A stretch of DNA of 64,000 nucleotides, taken from contig DATJPT010000014.1 of the NCBI GenBank assembly GCA_035506275.1, forward strand, positions 23,736 through 87,735, in the 5' to 3' direction. A program made the translations under genes and the position numbers. Of this stretch, positions 1 to 9,673 are shown one piece after another. This DNA is from Bacteroidota bacterium. GTDB lineage: Bacteria; Bacteroidota; Ignavibacteria; UBA10030; UBA8401. The first letter of the stretch is position 1, and each line of letters begins with the position of its first letter. A model generated the notes under the pieces. The model searched no databases, had not been told where the DNA came from, and saw only the letters and a list, made by a program, of their open reading frames with translations.

Positions 1-26
1 GGAAAATCGGTTCTGTAATCTCGGAA

Positions 27-605
27 TTGGCCGATGAGGATATTTTCACTTGGTTAAGATCTAAAAGTAAGCCTACCAAAGATGAAGTTTACCGCGCTTC
101 TACGGTCGTGGCTGATAGGTTATGCGGCGCTGTTGCGGACCCAATAATCCGCAATGCTCAGGAGAAACGGCAGCTCGCCTCAGTGAAGAAATGGCTTGAG
201 GATCGGGGCTATCGATATATTGACTTTCGTCATGGATTGAAGATGGAGAGTATGGAACCTGGGACATTCTCGTTCCGTTTTAACGTTCAGGTGAAGCAAA
301 CCGGTCGCAGTGAGCAAGTCAACATACCCATCGATATTATTATCAAGCCGCTCAAGGGCCCGAAAAGCCATTTACCCATTCTTGTTGAAGCAAAATCAGC
401 GGGCGATTTCGCTAACACAAACAAAAGGCGAAAAGAAGAGGCGATGAAGGTGGCTCAGTTACGGGCAACATACGGCAAAGGAGTCCAATTTATTCTGTTC
501 CTCTGCGGTTATTTTGACAGTGGTTACCTCGGTTACGAAGCCGCGGAAGGGATCGACTGGGTATGGGAACATCGGATGGAAGATCTCGCGAAGTTGGGAC
601 TTTAA
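27..605 (+). CDS. putative restriction endonuclease (PD-(D/E)xK-like); reading frame open to window start, so probably 5'-truncated
   Basis: D...ExK-like motif (PIDIIIKP...LVEAKS); stop at 603-605 lies 2 nt before the ATG of the adjacent adenine methyltransferase (R-M operon layout). Confidence 0.4.
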   Translation: MADEDIFTWLRSKSKPTKDEVYRASTVVADRLCGAVADPIIRNAQEKRQLASVKKWLEDRGYRYIDFRHGLKMESMEPGTFSFRFNVQVKQTGRSEQVNIPIDIIIKPLKGPKSHLPILVEAKSAGDFANTNKRRKEEAMKVAQLRATYGKGVQFILFLCGYFDSGYLGYEAAEGIDWVWEHRMEDLAKLGL

Positions 606-607
606 AT

Positions 608-2200
608 ATGCAAAAAAATGATACCATAGAGGCATTGCGCATCCGCTCTCAGGTAACGCTTGACAGCGCCAAGACACAAACGGAGAGGAACAAGCTCGGC
701 CAGTTTGCGACCCCACCGCACCTTGCGCTCGCTATCCTTGATGAGACACGGAAGTACTTTGGCTCGGATGAAAAAGTGCGTTTCCTTGATCCCGCTTTCG
801 GGACCGGTGCTTTCTATTCCGCGTTGTTGCGGACGTTCCGGGCGGCGCGTATCGAATCAGCGTGTGGATTTGAAATAGATTCCCATTACGGGGGCGAGGC
901 AGAAAGGCTTTGGACCGATTTGCCCCTGGATCTGGAGATAGGCGATTTCTTCCGTGTGAAAATTCCTGGGACAGACAGCGGAAAGGCCAATCTCATCGTA
1001 TGCAACCCCCCTTATGTCCGGCATCATCATCTTTCCGCTGAGCAGAAGGAGGAGATGGGCAGGAGCATTGGCAAATCGATCGGTTTGAAAGTCAACGGTC
1101 TCTCCGGACTCTATTGTTATTTCCTCATCTACGCCCACAATTGGCTTGCGGACAACGGCACTGGATGTTGGCTTGTTCCCAGCGAGTTCATGGATGTGAA
1201 CTATGGGGGCGTTGTGAAGGAGTATCTCCTGCGGAAGGTGACTCTTGCCCGTATCCATCGCTTCGATCCTAATGAATCACAGTTCGACGATGCGCTCGTC
1301 TCCTCGGCCGTGATCTGGTTCAGGAAAACGCCGCCTCCGAATAATCATACCGTCGAATTCACCTTCGGCGGAACGCTCGCATCGCCGCGCGTCTCACGGC
1401 AGGTGCCGGTCGCCGAAATTCTGCGAGTTCCAAAATGGACGAGATTCACGAACGGTCATTCGACGAGTGCTGATGCGAAGGTGAGACTGTCTGATCTCTT
1501 CGACGTGAAGCGGGGATTGGCGACGGGGGCGAATGAATTTTTCATCTTGACCCCGGAAGATGCAAAGAAATATGACCTTCCGTCGAAGTTCCTCATACCG
1601 ATTTTGCCGAGTCCCCGTTACCTGAAGACAGATATCATCAAGGCGGACAAGAAAGGAAACCCGATCACGGAAAAGCCCCGCTTCTTACTCTCATGTAAAC
1701 TTCCGCCAAGTCAGGTCAAACGAGAATTTTCTTCTCTCTGGAAATATCTGGAATCTGGAATCGGGCAGGGAATCCGCGACGGTTATCTTTGCCAGCACCG
1801 GACGCCTTGGTATGGGCAGGAGGATCGACCGGCTTCTCCCTTTCTCTGCACGTACATGGGGAGGCACGATTCGCCGAACGGGAGTCCCTTCAGATTCATC
1901 CTCAATACTTCAAAGGCGACAGCAGCAAACGTGTATCTGTTTCTCTATCCTAAACCCTGGCTGTCGAAATTGATTGATGAGCGTCCGGCCCTCGTGAAGG
2001 AAATCTGGAAGCGATTAAATAGCATTTCTTCGGAATCCTTGGTCGCTGAAGGCCGTGTCTATGGCGGAGGGCTGCATAAAATGGAACCGAAGGAACTCGG
2101 AAATGCGTCCGCAGACGGCATTCTTGAATCACTTCCCGAGCTTCGCTCGCGTTTCCGACACTCAAGTTCTGCGTATTTCTTATCTCAGCCATTTCTCTGA
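608..2200 (+). CDS. N6-adenine DNA methyltransferase, gamma-class (Type II R-M methylase)
   Basis: AdoMet motif I DPAFGTGAF followed by catalytic motif IV NPPY (CNPPYVRHH); C-terminal ~250 aa probable target-recognition domain; start moved to ATG at 608 immediately after upstream stop (the track ORF 563.. overlaps the upstream gene). Confidence 0.7.
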   Translation: MQKNDTIEALRIRSQVTLDSAKTQTERNKLGQFATPPHLALAILDETRKYFGSDEKVRFLDPAFGTGAFYSALLRTFRAARIESACGFEIDSHYGGEAERLWTDLPLDLEIGDFFRVKIPGTDSGKANLIVCNPPYVRHHHLSAEQKEEMGRSIGKSIGLKVNGLSGLYCYFLIYAHNWLADNGTGCWLVPSEFMDVNYGGVVKEYLLRKVTLARIHRFDPNESQFDDALVSSAVIWFRKTPPPNNHTVEFTFGGTLASPRVSRQVPVAEILRVPKWTRFTNGHSTSADAKVRLSDLFDVKRGLATGANEFFILTPEDAKKYDLPSKFLIPILPSPRYLKTDIIKADKKGNPITEKPRFLLSCKLPPSQVKREFSSLWKYLESGIGQGIRDGYLCQHRTPWYGQEDRPASPFLCTYMGRHDSPNGSPFRFILNTSKATAANVYLFLYPKPWLSKLIDERPALVKEIWKRLNSISSESLVAEGRVYGGGLHKMEPKELGNASADGILESLPELRSRFRHSSSAYFLSQPFL

Positions 2201-2295
2201 GGCTCATTAACCTTATCGTCTTTCCTGATTGACTCTCTATTTAACTGTCGCACGTTGCAAAACGAGCAATAATTTCCGGTTGCTTGAGCGACTGG

Positions 2296-2826
2296 TTAAG
2301 TGCCGCCTCGCAGTTCCCAAATCGGCGGATACTTCTTCCCGGTAATTAAATGATGAAGGCTTCTCAATGCAGAATTAATTTCTATCGGCACAATTTTCAA
2401 CTCATCAAGTGTCACAACTTCTACAGACGTTTTCAATTTTCCTCTTGCAGTACCAACACCCATCTCAATTTTTCCAGTTTGTTCATTTATTGTCATTCCA
2501 TTGTGCAAATAACGATTGCGCAATTTTTGAGCCTTCTTTAGTTCAACAATTGTCTCAGGGTACATTTTTAATCTTGGAAATTGTGGTATCAAGTATTCAC
2601 AAAGCGATGATAACATGTCAAGTTTTTGTGGGAAATTTGCGTGTGTTATCAAAATAAAATTCCTCATATCAGTCAAAGATTCAGAGCCAGCGAGTTTGGA
2701 AATATTCATATCTAGGGAAGATTCAAGATATGCCCACATTGTAGCAATGCGTCCCAACTCCATAAGGAATTCATTGGGAAGCGGCCAGCCATTTCTGTCA
2801 AATTCTGGAATTTTAGATTTAGTCAT
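2296..2826 (-). CDS. cassette ORF, hypothetical protein (last cassette of array; degenerate attC remnant downstream)
   Basis: ATG 4 nt after core site GTTAGGC (minus strand); downstream only a partial attC-like end (ttgagcgactggttaag at 2283-2297, overlapping the stop). Confidence 0.55.
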   Translation of the reverse strand: MTKSKIPEFDRNGWPLPNEFLMELGRIATMWAYLESSLDMNISKLAGSESLTDMRNFILITHANFPQKLDMLSSLCEYLIPQFPRLKMYPETIVELKKAQKLRNRYLHNGMTINEQTGKIEMGVGTARGKLKTSVEVVTLDELKIVPIEINSALRSLHHLITGKKYPPIWELRGGT

Positions 2827-2833
2827 TTTAGGC

Positions 2834-3017
2834 GCCTAACGGACCGGAGATAAGCTGCTGCGACGACCAGCCGCGACAAGGTAGCTCGTTGCGCGGACGT
2901 TCCAGTAGGGTGCTTCTAAGTCCGTCCCACAACGCCCGGCGAAATCGTCGACAGCTGGTTCGGTCAGTGAGCGCTTTTCGCCATCACGCTTTGCGTGACT
3001 TGAGCGACTGGTTAGGG
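2834..3017 (-). repeat. attC-like recombination site 1 (184 bp)
   Basis: left end GCCTAAC (RYYYAAC), right end GTTAGGG (GTTRRRY-like), imperfect internal inverted repeats with unpaired bases; right ~65 bp near-identical to the other copies. Confidence 0.7.
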
Positions 3018-3027
3018 CGCACACACG

Positions 3028-3885
3028 TCATGGTGGTTGGTGTAATAACAATTGAGCAAATTGAATTTCATTGCAAGCTTCTTGAAACCTGCCGGCAACT
3101 GCAAATTTTAATCTCGGATGGAAAGTCTTCGGACTAGTCCGAACAGGTAATTGCTTCAGGATATTTAATGTGAAGAAATGCGCACTTATATCATCTGCTT
3201 TTGTAAGAAGAACAATAATGCCAAAATGTGCATTTGGATAGTTTAATAGGTGTGGTTCGAACTTCTTCTGGAATTTATTCTTGATAATTGCGATTAAGCA
3301 TTTAATAGCTTCTTCATGATCATCAGATAGATAAGCACCTTGGCTTGGCACTAACTTCAGGTTTTTGCACTCTTCTAATTCCAGAGTTGGTGTGGTACAA
3401 TCAAGGAGCCAAATAGGTTGATCATTTGCATCAATAATGGCAACATCAGCGTTTGGAGGTGAGAGCCCTTTGCTTGGCTTCTGTAAGGGAAAATCAAATT
3501 TTATATTTAAGTTGGCCTTTTTTAATCGAGCCGCGAACCAGAGCTCTGATGCGGTGTCCCAGAATGAAGTGCTACCAATATTTGAAAGTTTATGACTTAT
3601 TTCCTTTTTGTCATTCTCAGTCAGCATTGGCAAAATTCTAGTTAGGCTCGCTTCGATATTTCTTAGATTCGTTCGGGGATCGTAAGCCGAGGGCGGGAAA
3701 TCGCTTGTGGCAACTAAGAGAGCTTCAAGCAAGTTGAATGGGCGATTTTTGTGACTTAGGGATAAGTCGATGATTCCATTGGATAACTGCGCTCGAATGC
3801 TTCCCCAATCTAAAATTTGATTAAGCTGGGGAAAACTCAGAGCGTTTCTTTGAGCGGTTTCTAGTTGTGAGTTAAATGCTGTCAT
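3028..3885 (-). CDS. cassette ORF, hypothetical protein (285 aa)
   Basis: stop 10 nt before attC-1 core; same orientation as all other cassette ORFs. Confidence 0.6.
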   Translation of the reverse strand: MTAFNSQLETAQRNALSFPQLNQILDWGSIRAQLSNGIIDLSLSHKNRPFNLLEALLVATSDFPPSAYDPRTNLRNIEASLTRILPMLTENDKKEISHKLSNIGSTSFWDTASELWFAARLKKANLNIKFDFPLQKPSKGLSPPNADVAIIDANDQPIWLLDCTTPTLELEECKNLKLVPSQGAYLSDDHEEAIKCLIAIIKNKFQKKFEPHLLNYPNAHFGIIVLLTKADDISAHFFTLNILKQLPVRTSPKTFHPRLKFAVAGRFQEACNEIQFAQLLLHQPP

Positions 3886-3927
3886 TTGTGCGCCCTAACG
3901 TACCGCGGTTAAGCTGCGGCGGCGAGA
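3886..3927 (-). repeat. half attC-like site (R''/L'' arm only)
   Basis: gcgccctaacgtaccgcggttaagctgcggcggcgag matches the left arm of the full elements, but no right arm; it fills the whole 42-bp gap between two cassette ORFs. Confidence 0.5.
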
Positions 3928-4620
3928 TTAACGCAAATACAGTTGATTTCTTGTCGTTAAATATTGGTAGACATAAGGTTTCTCCCTAAAGGCATCGACC
4001 TTAGATGTATCGACTTCATTCCCAAAATGGAGGAGAGTTGGTTTGATTCGAATTGAATCTATGCTCCATTTCATGTCCAGGGCATTCTTGTGTACTGCAG
4101 TGGGGAAGAAGGCATCGACGTCAAGTTCCTCAAAAGTGTTTGATGGTATTCGGAGAATTTGAGTTTGCTCACTCTCTTCGTTAGGGTCAAGATACCAATC
4201 CGTAAAGAGTCTGCCAGTAGACAAAAGAGTTCGATGTTTTCCAGTAAACCCTCTTTCCATAATTCCAAGGGGCTTGGCGAGAGCGGAATCGGCCATATAA
4301 ATAAAAGATTTGTCGTCCCGATTCTGATCATATTCAACATCACGTCCGTAGGCCGCCCAGACACTTGGGAGGAGCTCTACTCGGCGCGAGCTGGGATTCT
4401 TAATTGAGGCTTTCATTTCTACGATAAGAACGGAGGTCGATTGACCGTTAGTTTTCAGTGGATAGGCTCCAATTTTTTTCAACTCGAGGTGCGCAGTGAT
4501 ATTCGCTGGCTCGTTATACTCTTTGTACAAAAATATCGATGCAGCCCATATGCCAGCGACAATAATTCCAAGTGTCTGAACCCAAGTATTAATCTGTTCG
4601 CTAATTGATCGATTCGACAT
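3928..4620 (-). CDS. cassette ORF, hypothetical protein with N-terminal TM helix
   Basis: internal ATG at 4620 preceded by GGAGGA 9 nt upstream; the track start at 4647 is only 11 nt from the attC core, hence the revised start. Confidence 0.55.
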   Translation of the reverse strand: MSNRSISEQINTWVQTLGIIVAGIWAASIFLYKEYNEPANITAHLELKKIGAYPLKTNGQSTSVLIVEMKASIKNPSSRRVELLPSVWAAYGRDVEYDQNRDDKSFIYMADSALAKPLGIMERGFTGKHRTLLSTGRLFTDWYLDPNEESEQTQILRIPSNTFEELDVDAFFPTAVHKNALDMKWSIDSIRIKPTLLHFGNEVDTSKVDAFREKPYVYQYLTTRNQLYLR

Positions 4621-4657
4621 AAAGACAGTCCTCCGAATTAATTGCATGAATCTCGCC

Positions 4658-4832
4658 GCCTAACGGACCGGAGCTAAGCTGCGGCGACGTGCAACGTCGC
4701 CGCGGTAGTCATTCCGTGCGTGGTATGTCATGTCCGATAGTAACTCCCATTTGCGCGCACAAGATCGCCGACGGCTGGTTCCGTCAGTGAGCTCCAAAAG
4801 CGCCATCCGCCTTTAGCGTGACTTGAGGGATT
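4658..4832 (-). repeat. attC-like site 3 (right core degenerate, GTTATTC)
   Basis: GCCTAAC left core, conserved ctaagctgcggcg and ggctggttccgtcagtgag...cgtgacttgag blocks. Confidence 0.6.
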
Positions 4833-4864
4833 GGTTATTCCGCTAGCGCTTACTTTGTTATCAT

Positions 4865-5575
4865 CTACGGTGTCGGTGTGTACCCGCCACCACGAAGCCA
4901 ATGAACTTTCATATGATTCTTTACCAACTGGTCACCGATCTGAAAAGTGAGCTTTTCCATCCACTCTTCATCGAACACTTTGTCAAAGATCACCAAAAGT
5001 TGCTGAATCAGGTCATTGAGATTTTGAAAAACTAATTTCGCGTGTTTAGGACTCAGTTCAAACGGATTAAAAGGGATTTGTGTATGTGGCCAGTAATTTT
5101 TCCCATGTAACACTTTAAGGTCGGGAGCATAGTCATCTTCTGAAGAAATATAAAGTCCAAGGCGTTGCGCATCCAGATAAATTCCGGTTTTTGGATGTAC
5201 CCATGAATTCCTAATTCTTACAAGTTCAACGAAAGTTTGAAATACATTTCCAGCTTTATCAAAACCTTTGGTCGAGACTTCCACCCCGCAGAATTTTGGA
5301 GCCAATAACCACTTTTCTGGAAGGCTTAGTTTATCAATGGCTTTGAAAGTGTCATCACCAACTTTGCCAATGTAGAATTCGGAATAAACCTTATTGATCA
5401 ACGCCTCACTGGCAAAAACAGTAGAAAGAAGGCAATGCCGTGCAAAATAGGAAATTAGCTTCCCTTTTTGATCTTTTGTGAATTCTTCTTCAGCAAGTTC
5501 CAAGAATTTTTCCGCATCTCTGTAGTGCACGTAGAAGAAATTTAGCTCAATCTTAGCTTCTAGATTAGGAGGCAT
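4865..5575 (-). CDS. cassette ORF, hypothetical protein (236 aa)
   Basis: ORF between attC-like sites 3 and 4, same orientation. Confidence 0.55.
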   Translation of the reverse strand: MPPNLEAKIELNFFYVHYRDAEKFLELAEEEFTKDQKGKLISYFARHCLLSTVFASEALINKVYSEFYIGKVGDDTFKAIDKLSLPEKWLLAPKFCGVEVSTKGFDKAGNVFQTFVELVRIRNSWVHPKTGIYLDAQRLGLYISSEDDYAPDLKVLHGKNYWPHTQIPFNPFELSPKHAKLVFQNLNDLIQQLLVIFDKVFDEEWMEKLTFQIGDQLVKNHMKVHWLRGGGYTPTP

Positions 5576-5640
5576 GGATTAATCGTCTGTAAGTATGGTT
5601 TCTTTACCGAGCCGCCTGCGGTTTTGTAGAAGCGCAAGCG

Positions 5641-5792
5641 GTATAACAGACCGGAGCAAAGCTGCGGCGGTGAACGGCTGCCACCAGTTAGTTCGTTGCG
5701 GAGACCTTCCAGCCAGAAGTGCTAAATCCGGCCAACAACGCGCGACGAAATTGTCTACGGCTGTTTCCGCCCGCTTGAATACCGGTTAGTGC
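5641..5792 (-). repeat. attC-like site 4 (diverged; cores GTATAAC / GTTAGTG)
   Basis: retains ccggagcaaagctgcggcgg and inverted gcaagcgg/ccgcttga arms but is shorter and has degenerate cores. Confidence 0.5.
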
Positions 5793-5804
5793 GCAAAATA
5801 TTGA

Positions 5805-6206
5805 TCATGGTTGATTCATGCAATATTTATCCCACCATTTAGAGAGAATTCCGGGCGGAATCGATCCATTAAGGTCCCGTATTCTGCGAAGTTCTCGACA
5901 AATGCATTTCTTAACAGCTACAGTAGCGCTATCAACTTCATTAGGAAGATAGCCGTCTTCATCCACAAGCACATCATTATAGCTAGTCCAACAACGCTCA
6001 ACACGCACCTGCATGTTATTAAGCACATCGACTGGCACTAAATTTTCAAGTTGCGTTGCCTCCAATTGTAACTGCCGGTCAGAGTTGATCTTTGGATATG
6101 TTTCTTTAAATGCATTGTTGGCTTTCTTTCTATCTCTTAGAGTAGCCCAAAGATCAACGGCTTGCATTGTAGCCGATATGCCTGCGATGATTATTTCAGC
6201 TGCCAT
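5805..6206 (-). CDS. cassette ORF, hypothetical protein (133 aa)
   Basis: ORF between attC-like sites 4 and 5. Confidence 0.5.
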   Translation of the reverse strand: MAAEIIIAGISATMQAVDLWATLRDRKKANNAFKETYPKINSDRQLQLEATQLENLVPVDVLNNMQVRVERCWTSYNDVLVDEDGYLPNEVDSATVAVKKCICRELRRIRDLNGSIPPGILSKWWDKYCMNQP

Positions 6207-6239
6207 CAGAACCTCCCGTAAAATGTTTTTTTGTTTTGC

Positions 6240-6390
6240 GCCTAACGAACCGGAGCTAAGCTGCGGCGCGGTGCAGCCAGTTCCATGTAAAATATACGCG
6301 CGGCAGACGTCGCCTTTTCCCTCAAAAACTATTTTCGCGCGCGGCGAAGAGCTGGCCGCTGGTTCCGTCAGCTTGAGCTGCTGGTTAGGC
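6240..6390 (-). repeat. attC-like site 5 (151 bp)
   Basis: GCCTAAC ... GTTAGGC; conserved ccggagctaagctgcggcg block. Confidence 0.65.
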
Positions 6391-6419
6391 AGCGGCTCGA
6401 ATTAAGTGTTGTGCACCGG

Positions 6420-7184
6420 CTAGTACATGTTCTTGTAGATGCTTGAAATGTCCTCCGTGATTTCGAGATAAGGCTTGGCCACCGCAAACAAGGCACCGAC
6501 CGAAACCAACAAGAACGCCAGTACCATAAGGACGGCCGTGACCTGGTAATCGAACTGTGTCCATGCTTCAGCACCCGCCTTGAAGAGGATTGTCATGCTG
6601 ACACCAATGGAGGCAGCCAGACCCAAGTAGGCTTGCACAGTTATTTTTAGATATTTGTCAACTTCTGATTTAAGATAAGAAATGTAGTCTCGCTTCTTTT
6701 GGAACTCTGATAGTCTCTGGCAAACAGCGACTTGATTTTTTATGTCGGCGAAGAAAAACTGTGCGAGAAGATAACCGCACAGTGTTCCGGTGAAAATGAC
6801 AGACCACACTACATTGATTATGCCAAAGCCCATAAAGCGCATGACGCTGACACTTGATAGTAAATTGGCTAAAGACGTCAGGAGAGAATTGTAAAATAGG
6901 TGCGGAATCGTCGTGACGAGGAAGATTTCAATTGCGCTCGACAGAGCAATTATCAAAAATGCGATATTCCAATTTCGGGCAACGACAGGATCGATGGTAA
7001 GGTATACACTGCCATTCAATAATGGTTTGCTGAAGAAGTAGACAGCAAGGCAAAGATTAATGTAGAGAACAGCAAATGCCTTGTTCTGTGCGTATTGATT
7101 TGAAGCATAGCTCGGGTAAGAGATCACAATCGCAAGCAACGCTATATAAGAAATTGTCAATGGTACAATGCCGAAGAGGTTCAT
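6420..7184 (-). CDS. cassette ORF, polytopic membrane protein (~6 TM)
   Basis: hydrophobic segments throughout; start revised to ATG at 7184 because the track start (7244) lies inside attC-6. Confidence 0.55.
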   Translation of the reverse strand: MNLFGIVPLTISYIALLAIVISYPSYASNQYAQNKAFAVLYINLCLAVYFFSKPLLNGSVYLTIDPVVARNWNIAFLIIALSSAIEIFLVTTIPHLFYNSLLTSLANLLSSVSVMRFMGFGIINVVWSVIFTGTLCGYLLAQFFFADIKNQVAVCQRLSEFQKKRDYISYLKSEVDKYLKITVQAYLGLAASIGVSMTILFKAGAEAWTQFDYQVTAVLMVLAFLLVSVGALFAVAKPYLEITEDISSIYKNMY

Positions 7185-7211
7185 GGGTTCTCGAAATATT
7201 TGGGTTCTGCT

Positions 7212-7395
7212 GCCTAACGAACCGGAGTTAAGCTGCGGCGGCAAAAAGCCGCCGCAAGGTAGCTCGTTGCGCGGACGTATCCGTTGATCATATCTTTTCC
7301 AGCGTACTATCGCGCGGCGAAATCGTCGACGGCTGGTTCGGTCAGTGAGCGCTTTTCGCCATCACGCTTTGCGTGACTTGAGCGACTGGTTAGGC
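7212..7395 (-). repeat. attC-like site 6 (184 bp)
   Basis: GCCTAAC ... GTTAGGC; nearly identical to site 1 over both ends. Confidence 0.7.
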
Positions 7396-7403
7396 GGTTG
7401 CAC

Positions 7404-8126
7404 CTAGATCCAAATAGCGTATGGCTTGATTTGAAACGATTCTATTTTGGGTATTGGAAAAAGTATTCCGAAAACGTTCAACGGAATATTTTCACCTGAA
7501 TATCCGGAAAAAAAGAATGCTTCGTGACGCGAAAAAGAGTGAAGACTCCCTTCGCTACTAGGAAATTTAGAAATGCTTGCAGCCATAGCTAATGGGACCT
7601 TAATTTCTTTGAAATAATTGTCAGAATATTTGTAGTTGTCAAGTTTCTTGTCTTTTTCAAAGTAGACATAACCAACGGAATTGATATTTTCGATAGCTCG
7701 TCGTCGGTCGCCATAAAACTGGGGAGCGTCGAAAGTGGATTTAACAAGAATATATACGGGACCATCTGACAATTTAGTTGCTTTAGATGCCTCGCCGAGA
7801 TTATCAAATAGACTAGGAGGAGAAATAGAAGAGAGTTTGTTTACGAGCCCACCCAAAAGATTTTCCGCTTTAATTTCAATCCGGACACTCTCATTTATAG
7901 ATTTTGATTTTGTGAACTCCCCAGTGCCATCAAGTTCCAAAAGTCGGAAGAGCGTACCGAGTGCTTTTGCTAAACCTATTTTTGCACCCAGCTTGCCTGC
8001 ACTTTGTTTGCCTTCTCCCTTTGTAATTTCTACTGGAACCCCTTGCTCAATTTGAGCGTAGAGGCTTCGGATTCCTTCTTCGTCAAGGTAAATGAATCGG
8101 CGTGGTATTTCAAGCATAGAGATCAT
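7404..8126 (-). CDS. cassette ORF, hypothetical protein
   Basis: ATG at 8126 preferred; the track start at 8153 is a TTG abutting the attC. Confidence 0.5.
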   Translation of the reverse strand: MISMLEIPRRFIYLDEEGIRSLYAQIEQGVPVEITKGEGKQSAGKLGAKIGLAKALGTLFRLLELDGTGEFTKSKSINESVRIEIKAENLLGGLVNKLSSISPPSLFDNLGEASKATKLSDGPVYILVKSTFDAPQFYGDRRRAIENINSVGYVYFEKDKKLDNYKYSDNYFKEIKVPLAMAASISKFPSSEGSLHSFSRHEAFFFSGYSGENIPLNVFGILFPIPKIESFQIKPYAIWI

Positions 8127-8155
8127 GGTTCCGTCTATATGTTTTGAGTGCAACC

Positions 8156-8339
8156 GCCTAACGGACCGCAGCTAAGCTGCGGCAACGTGCAGCCAGTTCC
8201 ATGTAGAATATACGCGCGGCAGACATCGCCATTTCCCTAAATAAATTTTTCAGGCGCGCGGCGAAATCGCCAACGGCTGGTTCCGTCAGTGAGCGCTTTT
8301 CGCCATCACGCTTTGCGTGACTTGAGCCGCTGGTTAGGC
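8156..8339 (-). repeat. attC-like site 7 (184 bp)
   Basis: GCCTAAC ... GTTAGGC; conserved ends. Confidence 0.7.
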
Positions 8340-8360
8340 AGCCCATCGGTATGATACAAG

Positions 8361-8831
8361 CTATCTCTTATTCGGATTATGAAGAAGCATAGACACTTTT
8401 TCGACTACCCAAAAGAATAATGGAATCTCAGACATTAAAGCAAGCTGTCCAAAGATAGGGAAGTATGTCTTGAGATCCCCAGGACTTTCGTAGTGAAGAT
8501 AAATTGTAATCCCTATCCAAGCGAAGACAGGTAGCAGGCCGACAAAAATATAGAATACGATTCCGATAATGATTGTTGCGAGACTTTGTTGCTCAAACGT
8601 ACTCTTATCTTCCGGAAGACGGCGAGGCAGTAAGAGAATTACTCCGGCAACAAGCAAGGCAAAACCGGCTGATGTCGTCGAAAACTTCCCGCCAAAGAAT
8701 TCAAAATTGAGTCCAATCTCCCCTGTACCAGAAATACCTTTCCATAGGAAAGCTATCGAAGAAAGACATAGAATGGCACCGACAATGGTTCGGACTATTG
8801 TTATTTGTTTATTGAAATTTGATTCATCCAT
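8361..8831 (-). CDS. cassette ORF, small membrane protein (4 TM)
   Basis: hydrophobic helices; ATG at 8831. Confidence 0.5.
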   Translation of the reverse strand: MDESNFNKQITIVRTIVGAILCLSSIAFLWKGISGTGEIGLNFEFFGGKFSTTSAGFALLVAGVILLLPRRLPEDKSTFEQQSLATIIIGIVFYIFVGLLPVFAWIGITIYLHYESPGDLKTYFPIFGQLALMSEIPLFFWVVEKVSMLLHNPNKR

Positions 8832-8854
8832 ATGGCACAATGTTTTTTGGGGCT

Positions 8855-9040
8855 GCCTAACGGACCGGAGCTATGCTGCGGCGGCGAAGCGCCGCAGCGA
8901 CAGAATTCAGTCCGCGCGAGACGAGTCATGTCCAACAAGTAACAGGTTGTTTCGCGCGCATTGAATTATCGACGGCTGGTTCTGTCAGTGAGTGCTTGAA
9001 GCACCATGGCGTAGAGCGCCACTTGAGCGACGGGTTAGGG
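8855..9040 (-). repeat. attC-like site 8 (186 bp)
   Basis: GCCTAAC ... GTTAGGG; conserved ggctggttctgtcagtgag block. Confidence 0.65.
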
Positions 9041-9061
9041 CGCACCATATGAGAAATTTAA

Positions 9062-9673
9062 CTAGTGGAGAATTTCCATAAATGTCGGCGATTTTCTAAA
9101 AGCCTTAAATTGACTATCTTCTCGAATAATGGATTTAAAGTCGTCATCAATTTGAATAACTTTTGCCACCTCCGAGATCGCACTTTGCTGAAAACCAGAA
9201 CTCCAATAGGCCAAAGCGAGATTATAGTGGGCCCATATATTGGTCGAATCTAGTTGGACAGAGCGCTGAAGGTCAGCCAAGGCTGATGGTAGATTCTTGT
9301 TCTTGTAGTACAAGTAGCCTCTCAAATTGTAGGCAGTTGAACTTGAGGAATCTAGTTGGATTGCCTTTGTGTAAGAGTCTATAGCTTGTTTCCGTTTTCC
9401 TGTTTCAGCATATGCGATTCCATTGTTCAGGAACTCTGTGGAGATCCGTTCCCTTTCATTTTCCTTAAGGAGCAATGATACGGAATCGCGAAGGATAGAA
9501 GCCACGGCGAAATGGTTCTTATCTTCATTGATCACTTTGTTGACCTCTACTTGCCTAGTGTGATTCCACCATATCAGAGAAATGAAAGAGATCAACATCG
9601 CTATTACGCCCAATGAAGTTACTAGAGCGCCTATTCTTGAGTTCTTTTTGAGTTTGAGCAATTCATCGTCCAT
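9062..9673 (-). CDS. TPR-repeat protein with N-terminal TM anchor (first cassette, gene 2 of 2)
   Basis: N-terminal TM helix then tetratricopeptide-like repeats (AIQLDSSSSTAYNLRGYLYYKNKNLPSALADLQRSVQLD...AHYNLALAYW). Confidence 0.55.
   Translation of the reverse strand: MDDELLKLKKNSRIGALVTSLGVIAMLISFISLIWWNHTRQVEVNKVINEDKNHFAVASILRDSVSLLLKENERERISTEFLNNGIAYAETGKRKQAIDSYTKAIQLDSSSSTAYNLRGYLYYKNKNLPSALADLQRSVQLDSTNIWAHYNLALAYWSSGFQQSAISEVAKVIQIDDDFKSIIREDSQFKAFRKSPTFMEILH

Noticed and set aside
2834-9040. The 150-186-bp repeats as REP/MITE elements rather than attC sites
   Set aside because: They are confined to one locus and strictly alternate with same-strand unrelated ORFs. Their RYYYAAC/GTTRRRY termini sit in cassette-like register with start and stop codons. 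The genuine REP family in this window (41.9-47.1 kb) is a different, much shorter palindrome.
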